From: Nanopusillaceae archaeon
GTDB lineage: Archaea > Nanobdellota > Nanobdellia > Nanobdellales > Nanobdellaceae
Assembly: GCA_049973735.1 (NCBI GenBank)
Contig: JBMFJL010000021.1
Span: 1 to 9,188 of the forward strand
Direction: 5' to 3'
Length of the DNA: 9,188 nucleotides
Below are positions 1-5,622 of the stretch, piece after piece; position 1 is the first letter of the stretch, and every line of letters begins with the position of its first letter. The translations under genes and the position numbers were made by a program. The notes below the pieces were generated by a model. That model was not told the origin of the DNA. It was given only the letters and a program-made list of their open reading frames with translations, and made no database searches.

Positions 1-57
1 TCAATGAAAAAAATAAATTTATTTTAATTAAAAATAAAGTCACTATCAAATGAAAAA

Positions 58-150
58 ATGTATATAACATTAAGAATAATTGTAGCAATTATAACTGTTT
101 TCGCAATGTATTTATTAACAAAGAAAGGAATAATAAAAATAAATAAATAG
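58..150 (+). CDS. Possible 30-aa single-pass membrane micro-protein (MYITLRIIVAIITVFAMYLLTKKGIIKINK)
   Basis: ATG at 58-60, 30 codons, TAG at 148-150. It has a hydrophobic core (IIVAIITVFAMYLL) followed by a basic tail. An A/T-rich TATA-like stretch (ttaattaaaaata, about 24-36) lies roughly 25-30 nt upstream, and a T6 run follows the stop directly. It is below the ORF-track size cutoff and close to the window edge, so this is weak. Confidence 0.25.
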   Translation: MYITLRIIVAIITVFAMYLLTKKGIIKINK

Positions 151-156
151 TTTTTT
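151..156 (+). terminator. Oligo-T tract (T6) directly after the 58..150 mini-ORF
   Basis: tagTTTTTTaatt. Archaeal RNA polymerase terminates at oligo-T runs, but T runs are common in DNA this AT-rich. Confidence 0.2.
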
Positions 157-313
157 AATTTAAATAAGATTTTTTATTTTTTCCTTCATTAGAATCTAAT
201 AAATTTGCTAAGTTCTTTAAATAATCTATATTATTTAATTTAACTATTTCTACAAATCTTCTAAAATCTTGTTTAATAATTTCTAGATATCTAAGTAAGT
301 CTTTAGATATCAA
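155..313 (-). CDS. Possible small helical protein or gene remnant (LISKDLLRYLEIIKQDFRRFVEIVKLNNIDYLKNLANLLDSNEGKNKKSYLN)
   Basis: The minus-strand frame is open from 328 down to the TAA at 157-155. That is unusually long for stop-rich AT DNA, and the translation looks protein-like and amphipathic-helical. There is no in-frame ATG. The nearest candidate start is TTG at 313. An ATG at 329 is one nucleotide out of frame and terminates after 8 codons. The ORF lies immediately downstream of the 472-aa gene on the same strand. Confidence 0.25.
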   Translation of the reverse strand: MISKDLLRYLEIIKQDFRRFVEIVKLNNIDYLKNLANLLDSNEGKNKKSYLN

Positions 314-390
314 TAATCTTAAAATACATTATTTATTTTCTTTAAATTTTTCTAAATGTTTTTAAAATAATTATTTAAATTTAAGCTTTA

Positions 391-1809
391 TCAGTTAAGA
401 TTCATATATTTCAAATAGATTTCATGTGTTTTAAGCAATATTTCTTTTATTTTTGTAAATGAATCTTTTGATATAGAATCTATAGTTTTTAATTTTTCAT
501 CAAGGTTTAGTTCATCTTTCCTATATCTAGACAATTTCTCTATTCTTTCTATCTCCTGAGTTGTAAAATAAAAGCTCTTCTTTCCCATCATAACTCTGTA
601 TATATCTTCTCCCAGAACGTTTTTTATTAAGTCTATATCTATTAGATTTCCTCTATTTATTGTATTATTACATATAACTCTATTGTCAGATTTTATACAC
701 TTATTAAGTAAGTTAGGGGATAATAATCCAAACAAAAATTCATATAAATAAGTCAAAGCTAATCTCTTCAATCCTCTATTAGACAAAGCAACATCAAATC
801 CTGGCGCTATATCAATAAATATTATATTGTTTCTACTTGGATCTAGTGGAACTATTTGATAATATTCTAAATCTACAGGAACAAACTTAGTTTTTGCAAT
901 AACTCCTAATAAAGCCTTTGTTACTTCTATAAGTTTATATTCTACCTCATCCCATTTTGCTTCTAAATTAAGATATTGCATATTTCTTTTGTTAAATTCA
1001 AATTCCCAAGGTAAATTCAACAAATAAGGTTCTACAGTAGGACTTTTTATTATTGACGTTATTAATAAAGCTGATAGTAGATTTCTAGCTGTTTTTACCG
1101 GTACTATTATTGTTGTATCATAACCCATTTTGCTTCCAACCTTTTCAATAAAAACATATGGATTATACTGATAATATGGATTACTCATATAACGAATAGT
1201 TGGAAAATATGCAGATCTTAACATTACCATAGGTAATGCCAATAATGTAGGAACTTCTACTATATCGAACATGGATTTTTCCATAATTCTTATATTTTCC
1301 TCAATCGCTCTGTTTGGATCTATAAGCCTAAACTTTGATAAATATTTTCCATATGGTCTAGTTTCTACTAATTTATCCTTATGACCTGTGTTATCTTCTG
1401 TTACCATAAGAGACTCTGGTAATTTTAATCTAAGACCTCCAAAATCTCCTATATATATATCTGACCTCTCTTTGCCTTTTTCTATCTTTTTTTTATATAC
1501 TAAACTCTTACCTCCATCTAAAGAAATTACAATTAATATGTGATCTAAATTATTTGATAAATTAAATGCATTTAATATATATCCTGGAACCATATAACCG
1601 TACATGGCTAAAAATACCATTTCTTTTTTTATAGGATATGTACTAGTAACAACTCCTTCCCCATCCGTCTTACTTTTTCTAACTACTCCAAAATATGAAG
1701 CTGATTTATACCCACTTCTTTCACTTATAATTTTCCTCATTTCAGTTATGTATTGTGGATAAGTATGAGTCTCTTCTAATGTAGTTACCATCTTGTAGTA
1801 AGATATCAT
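391..1809 (-). CDS. Hypothetical protein, 472 aa, no recognisable family
   Basis: Longest ORF in the window, with an ATG start (cat at 1807-1809) and TGA stop (391-393). Amino-acid composition is balanced and protein-like. I see no Walker A, PP-loop, HExxH, Cys cluster, signal peptide or TM helix. There is an aromatic-rich central segment (NPYYQYNPYVF). The last ~60 aa are K/E/L-rich and look coiled-coil-like. Coding status is confident, function is unknown. Confidence 0.8.
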   Translation of the reverse strand: MISYYKMVTTLEETHTYPQYITEMRKIISERSGYKSASYFGVVRKSKTDGEGVVTSTYPIKKEMVFLAMYGYMVPGYILNAFNLSNNLDHILIVISLDGGKSLVYKKKIEKGKERSDIYIGDFGGLRLKLPESLMVTEDNTGHKDKLVETRPYGKYLSKFRLIDPNRAIEENIRIMEKSMFDIVEVPTLLALPMVMLRSAYFPTIRYMSNPYYQYNPYVFIEKVGSKMGYDTTIIVPVKTARNLLSALLITSIIKSPTVEPYLLNLPWEFEFNKRNMQYLNLEAKWDEVEYKLIEVTKALLGVIAKTKFVPVDLEYYQIVPLDPSRNNIIFIDIAPGFDVALSNRGLKRLALTYLYEFLFGLLSPNLLNKCIKSDNRVICNNTINRGNLIDIDLIKNVLGEDIYRVMMGKKSFYFTTQEIERIEKLSRYRKDELNLDEKLKTIDSISKDSFTKIKEILLKTHEIYLKYMNLN

Positions 1810-1933
1810 TAATATTCAATTTTTAATAATGATTAAAAACATTATCAAAATCTAGGAATATATTAGGAATTAAAATTTTATAAATCAAAATGTTATTTAT
1901 ATCTCCTTTTTCCCTATTTAGTGAAAAAATTAC

Positions 1934-1944
1934 TATTAATAAAA
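1934..1944 (+). promoter_or_regulatory. TATA-box candidate for nnrD (TATTAATAAAA)
   Basis: Centred about 27 nt upstream of the ATG at 1966, the spacing expected for an archaeal TATA box driving a leaderless or near-leaderless mRNA. No Shine-Dalgarno-like purine motif lies in between. Confidence 0.35.
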
Positions 1945-1965
1945 TTGTTTTGATAAAAAATTTGT

Positions 1966-2799
1966 ATGATGATAATAAATAAGTCTATTTTAAAATATAT
2001 ATACAAATTTAGAGAATCTTGGGTTCATAAAGGAATGTTTGGCAAATTAGGTATTATTGCTGGGAGTTATTATTATTCTGGTAGTCCTATTTTTGTTGGT
2101 ATGTCAGCACTAAAATCTGGCGTAGATTTAGTTAGGATATTCGCACCAAAATCTATCGCAAATGTAATTAGAAATTATTCACCAGATTTAATTGTTTTTC
2201 CATATGAATCAGACTTTTTTAATAAAAAAATCATTGATTTTATATTAGAAAATTCTTCAGATTTAAATGCCTTTACAATAGGAAACGGGATGTACAGAAA
2301 TAAAAGAGAAGTACTTGAAGGTATTAAAGAATTTATAGATCTTTGCAGATTACCTTGTGTTATAGATGCAGATGCTATCTATGCAATAGAAAATAAATTG
2401 AATAAGAATTTTGTTATAACCCCAAATTCGCATGAATTTTATATATTAACTGGAGAAAAAGTTGGAAATGATTTAAAAGAAAGGATAGAATTAGTTAAAA
2501 AATATGCAAAAGAATTCAATTGTACAATATTATTAAAAGGACATATAGATATAATAAGCGATGGTGAGAGGGTTGCAATAAATAAAACTGGTACTGTATA
2601 CATGACAAAGGGAGGATTCGGTGACATATTAACAGGAATAGTTGGAGCATATCTTGCAAGAGGTGTAGATCCATTTATTGCAGCATCAGCGGCTGCATTT
2701 GTAAATGGATATCTTGGAGAAAAATTAATAAATAAGAAAGAACAGGTACTGGCATCTGATATATTTAATGTATTTGACGAATTAGCAAAATTGTACTAA
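1966..2799 (+). CDS. nnrD: ADP-dependent NAD(P)H-hydrate dehydratase (YjeF C-terminal / carbohydrate-kinase fold), stand-alone
   Basis: N-terminal HKGMFGKLGIIAGSYYYSGSPIFVGMSALKSGVDLVRIFAP, mid TPNSHEF and LLKGHIDIISDG, and the C-terminal GGFGDILTGIVGAYLA motif are the hallmark blocks of YjeF_C/Nnr dehydratases. At 277 aa it has no YjeF_N epimerase domain. The ORF opens with tandem ATG ATG (1966/1969). Confidence 0.85.
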   Translation: MMIINKSILKYIYKFRESWVHKGMFGKLGIIAGSYYYSGSPIFVGMSALKSGVDLVRIFAPKSIANVIRNYSPDLIVFPYESDFFNKKIIDFILENSSDLNAFTIGNGMYRNKREVLEGIKEFIDLCRLPCVIDADAIYAIENKLNKNFVITPNSHEFYILTGEKVGNDLKERIELVKKYAKEFNCTILLKGHIDIISDGERVAINKTGTVYMTKGGFGDILTGIVGAYLARGVDPFIAASAAAFVNGYLGEKLINKKEQVLASDIFNVFDELAKLY

Positions 2800-2820
2800 A
2801 ATAAGATTTAATGATAATTC

Positions 2821-2828
2821 TATAAAAT
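2821..2828 (+). promoter_or_regulatory. TATA-box candidate for the GTPase gene (TATAAAAT)
   Basis: Centred about 25 nt upstream of the ATG at 2849, inside the 49-bp nnrD-GTPase spacer. No SD motif. Confidence 0.35.
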
Positions 2829-2848
2829 TTCATTTCAAAATATTTTTA

Positions 2849-4051
2849 ATGCTAATTGGATTAACAGGTAAACCAAATGTAGGAAAATCGACAATGTTTA
2901 AAGCTATAACATTACAAGATGTAGCAATAGCAAATTATCCTTTTACAACAATAGAACCAAACAAAGGAATTGGATATGTAAGAGTTGAAGATGTAGGACC
3001 AGAATTTGGGGTTCAATCAAATCCAAAATATGGATATATCAAAGGAAAATATAGATTTGTACCAATTGAAGTTATTGATATTGCAGGATTGGTACCTGGA
3101 GCACATGAGGGAAGAGGTCTAGGAAACAAATTTTTAGATGATGTAAGACAAGCAGATGCGTTGATTCATGTAGTAGATATTTCTGGATCTACTAATGAAG
3201 AAGGACAATATGTAGGAGCTGGAAATTATGATCCAATAAAAGATATAAAATGGTATGAAGAAGAAATTGACTGGTGGTTTTTTAATATAATAAAGAAAAA
3301 TCTAGAAAAAAATATGAATAAGATTAGAACTCAACACTTAGAATTAGATAAAGAATTGGCAAAGTTGATATCCGGACTTAATGTAAAACAACATCATGTA
3401 GAAAAAGCATTTAAAGAATTAAATATCTCCTCAGAAGATTACGATATAATAAATGATGACGAAAAACTATTTAAGCTATCATCAAAAATTAGAGAAATAT
3501 CAAAACCAATTATAATTGCGGCAAATAGGGTAGATATTAACATAGATATTGCAAAAAAGAACTTAGATAAATTGAGAAAATCTTACCCAGATAAGATAAT
3601 AGTACCTACATCTGGTTATGCTGAATTAATATTAAAAGAACTTGATAGGCAGGGAAAAATATACTATATCCCTGGAGAAGGACATTTTGAAATAAGAGGA
3701 AATTTAAATGAAAAAGAAAAAAAAGCATTGGAATTTATTGAAAACTATATATTCAAAGAATTCGGAAATACTGGTGTTCAGAATTTATTAGATATCACTG
3801 TATTTGATGTATTAAAATATGTTGCAGTATTTCCCGGAGGTGTAGATTCCTTAGCAGATAAAGAAGGAAGAATATTACCAGATTGCTTTTTAATGCCTCC
3901 TGGTAGTACAGTAATAGATTTTGCCGCTAAAATACATTCCGATCTTGCAAAAAATTTTGTAAAGGCTATAGATGTAAGAACAAAAAAGTTCTTAGGAAAA
4001 GATTATATATTAAAGCATAGAGATGTAATACAAATAATTGCAAATGCATAG
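2849..4051 (+). CDS. Obg-family P-loop GTPase of the YchF/OLA1-related archaeal type with C-terminal TGS domain
   Basis: G1 GKPNVGKST, G2 YPFTTIEPNKG, G3 DIAGLVPGAHEGRGLGNKFL, and a G4-like AANRVD (3524-3535). A helical insert follows. The C-terminal TGS-like block is PPGSTVIDFAAKIHSDLAKNFVKAIDVRTKK...HRDVIQII. Confidence 0.85.
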   Translation: MLIGLTGKPNVGKSTMFKAITLQDVAIANYPFTTIEPNKGIGYVRVEDVGPEFGVQSNPKYGYIKGKYRFVPIEVIDIAGLVPGAHEGRGLGNKFLDDVRQADALIHVVDISGSTNEEGQYVGAGNYDPIKDIKWYEEEIDWWFFNIIKKNLEKNMNKIRTQHLELDKELAKLISGLNVKQHHVEKAFKELNISSEDYDIINDDEKLFKLSSKIREISKPIIIAANRVDINIDIAKKNLDKLRKSYPDKIIVPTSGYAELILKELDRQGKIYYIPGEGHFEIRGNLNEKEKKALEFIENYIFKEFGNTGVQNLLDITVFDVLKYVAVFPGGVDSLADKEGRILPDCFLMPPGSTVIDFAAKIHSDLAKNFVKAIDVRTKKFLGKDYILKHRDVIQIIANA

Positions 4052-4080
4052 ATATTTAGTCTCTAATGAAAAAATATAAA

Positions 4081-4088
4081 TTTATAAA
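4081..4088 (+). promoter_or_regulatory. TATA-box candidate for rpoN (TTTATAAA), core of the 12-bp palindrome AATTTATAAATT (4079-4090)
   Basis: Near-consensus archaeal TATA sequence centred about 27 nt upstream of the ATG at 4112. No SD motif. Confidence 0.4.
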
Positions 4089-4111
4089 TTAATTCTTAAT
4101 AATTTATTTTT

Positions 4112-4309
4112 ATGATATTTCCAGTCAGATGCTTTACATGCGGAAAACCAATTGGTCACTTATGGGAAAAATATCAGAAATTGCTAAACGAAGGTAAGAG
4201 TCCAAAGGAAGCATTCGAAGAATTAGGTATTGAAAGGATTTGCTGTAGACAAATATTCCTAGGTCATGTAGATCAGATACAACTAATTGCTAAGCTTAAG
4301 AAATTTTAA
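4112..4309 (+). CDS. rpoN: DNA-directed RNA polymerase subunit N (Rpo10 / Rpb10 homologue)
   Basis: MIFPVRCFTCGKPIG...W..Y...ICCRQIFLGHVD carries the characteristic N-terminal CxxC and downstream CC zinc-binding arrangement. Length (65 aa) also fits archaeal RpoN/eukaryotic Rpb10. Confidence 0.9.
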   Translation: MIFPVRCFTCGKPIGHLWEKYQKLLNEGKSPKEAFEELGIERICCRQIFLGHVDQIQLIAKLKKF

Positions 4310-4699
4310 TTTCAAAATTTTTCTTATACTTATAAATAATATCACAACACCCCAGAATAATATTATGGGATTTGGGAATGGACCATAGTTAGATGCTACA
4401 TTTCTTACTGCTATACTTATTATATTATTTGAATTTAAAGTAAATGCGGAATATAAAATCATCAATGCAATTATTAAAGATAAATAATATCCCAATATAT
4501 TCTCTCTTTCTATATATCTCAATGAAAAGATTGTTATACCCATTATAATCGAAAGAAATACTTCTACAGACAAATTTGTAATATTATCATATATTGATGG
4601 ATAGATTAAAAAAGATAATAAATTTAATATTGTTTCTGCTAAAAACAATACTAAAAATACCTTCAATACTTCTTTACTAACATCAATATTTTTTTCCAT
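4283..4699 (-). CDS. Hypothetical integral membrane protein, about 4 TM helices
   Basis: Hydrophobic segments are LKVFLVLFLAETILNLLSFLIY, SVEVFLSIIMGITIFSL, ILGYYLSLIIALMILYSAFTL and PNPIILFWGVVILFISI, followed by a basic C-terminal tail. Its ATG (4697-4699) shares one base with the TAA of the upstream TtuA gene (TAATG). Its 3' end overlaps rpoN convergently by 27 nt. Confidence 0.65.
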   Translation of the reverse strand: MEKNIDVSKEVLKVFLVLFLAETILNLLSFLIYPSIYDNITNLSVEVFLSIIMGITIFSLRYIERENILGYYLSLIIALMILYSAFTLNSNNIISIAVRNVASNYGPFPNPIILFWGVVILFISIRKILKLKFLKLSN

Positions 4700-5622
4700 T
4701 ATTTAGATATATTTAATTTTAATTTTATTTCACATGCCCTGCATATTTTTCTAGTTGTTGGATATCCACAAATTGTACACTTCTCTAATTTTATAATATT
4801 TGTCTTTTTATAATCTTCTTTAGCTTTAAATATTACTTCTAAAATATTTTTCATGAATTTCTCATGAAAGCCGGGATATTTGTCTTCCAATTTATATAAC
4901 CTGGCTCTTACTATATCTCTAAATTGATTTACTATAAAGGGGCATTCCCCATATATTGGCGCTAAATCATGTATTATTGAATAAATTAAATTTTCCTTCT
5001 CTTTATTGAAATAAAATGGTTTTATTCTTGGTATGAAATCTTCTTCAACTATTCCGACATATGGGCCCTCTTTCAATAAATCCTTAAGATTTCCTTCAAA
5101 TATATTCATTATTATAGTTTGTACTTCATCATTTAAATTATGTGCTGTGGCAAATTTATCTATATTTAAATCTTTTGATGCCTTCCACATCAACCATCTT
5201 CTCCATACTCCACATATTGTACAAGCTTTCAACTCCTTACTTATCTTAACTGCTTCATCAAGTCTTATCTTAAAATAATCTGTAAACCTATATATTTTAA
5301 TATTCCAATTATATTTCTTAGCCAATTCCAATAATTTAATTGTGTCTTTATCTCTATACCCAGCAATCCCCTCATCTATGTGTATACCAACTACTTCTAT
5401 ATTAAAATATTCTTTATATTTATTCAGAAAATACAATAAGGCATTGGAATCTTTTCCACCAGATACCCCAACGCCAATTCTCTCTCCAGGTTTAATTAGT
5501 TTATATTTTTCTATTGTATTTATTACTTTCTCTTCAAAATATTTTACAAAATGCTCTTTACAATAATAATTACCATAATCATCCTTATATATTGCCACTT
5601 TATCACAAAATGTACACTTCAT
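4699..5622 (-). CDS. ttuA: tRNA 2-thiolation PP-loop ATPase / sulfurtransferase, TtuA family (TtuA/NcsA-Ncs6 superfamily)
   Basis: N-terminal zinc finger MKCTFC...YCKEHF. PP-loop SGGKDS (5446-5463, checked against the DNA). Fe-S ligand positions CTICG and ECP. ATAHNLNDE and RIKPFY blocks. C-terminal zinc finger CTICGYPTTRKICRAC. It appears collinear with my recollection of the Thermus and Pyrococcus TtuA sequences. Confidence 0.85.
   Translation of the reverse strand: MKCTFCDKVAIYKDDYGNYYCKEHFVKYFEEKVINTIEKYKLIKPGERIGVGVSGGKDSNALLYFLNKYKEYFNIEVVGIHIDEGIAGYRDKDTIKLLELAKKYNWNIKIYRFTDYFKIRLDEAVKISKELKACTICGVWRRWLMWKASKDLNIDKFATAHNLNDEVQTIIMNIFEGNLKDLLKEGPYVGIVEEDFIPRIKPFYFNKEKENLIYSIIHDLAPIYGECPFIVNQFRDIVRARLYKLEDKYPGFHEKFMKNILEVIFKAKEDYKKTNIIKLEKCTICGYPTTRKICRACEIKLKLNISK

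Noticed and set aside
1510-1530. ISLDGGKS in the 472-aa protein as a P-loop, or as a NurA/ASKHA-type Asp motif together with IGDFGG 20 residues later
   Set aside because: The [AG]xxxxGK[ST] spacing is not met. The two Asp-Gly motifs are far too close together for actin-fold phosphate-1 and phosphate-2 loops. The downstream NurA catalytic residues cannot be placed.
1660-1680. KTDGEG in the 472-aa protein as nucleotidyltransferase (ligase/capping) motif I KxDG
   Set aside because: Candidate motifs III, IV and V do not follow with credible sequence or spacing, so this is probably a chance tetrapeptide.
1966-1972. ATGATGA resembling a C box (RUGAUGA) of a C/D-box sRNA
   Set aside because: It is the tandem ATG start of nnrD. 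No CTGA D box or C'/D' elements occur in the following ~70 nt.
2439-2627. 62-aa minus-strand ORF inside nnrD
   Set aside because: It lies entirely antisense to a well-supported CDS. Its S/F/I/L/P-rich low-complexity translation is typical of the shadow frame of a K/E/N-rich gene. It has no promoter space or motif.
3008-3024. GGGGTTCAATCAAATCC resembling a tRNA T-arm/T-loop
   Set aside because: It lies inside the GTPase CDS. There is no complementary 3' stem half, and no acceptor or anticodon arm can be drawn around it.
3711-3727. A-rich run (gaaaaagaaaaaaaagc) in the GTPase gene, and the A8 run on the coding strand of the 472-aa gene near 1485-1495, as programmed slippage sites
   Set aside because: The reading frames continue intact through both runs and encode plausible K/E-rich sequence. 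There is no alternative-frame ORF downstream.
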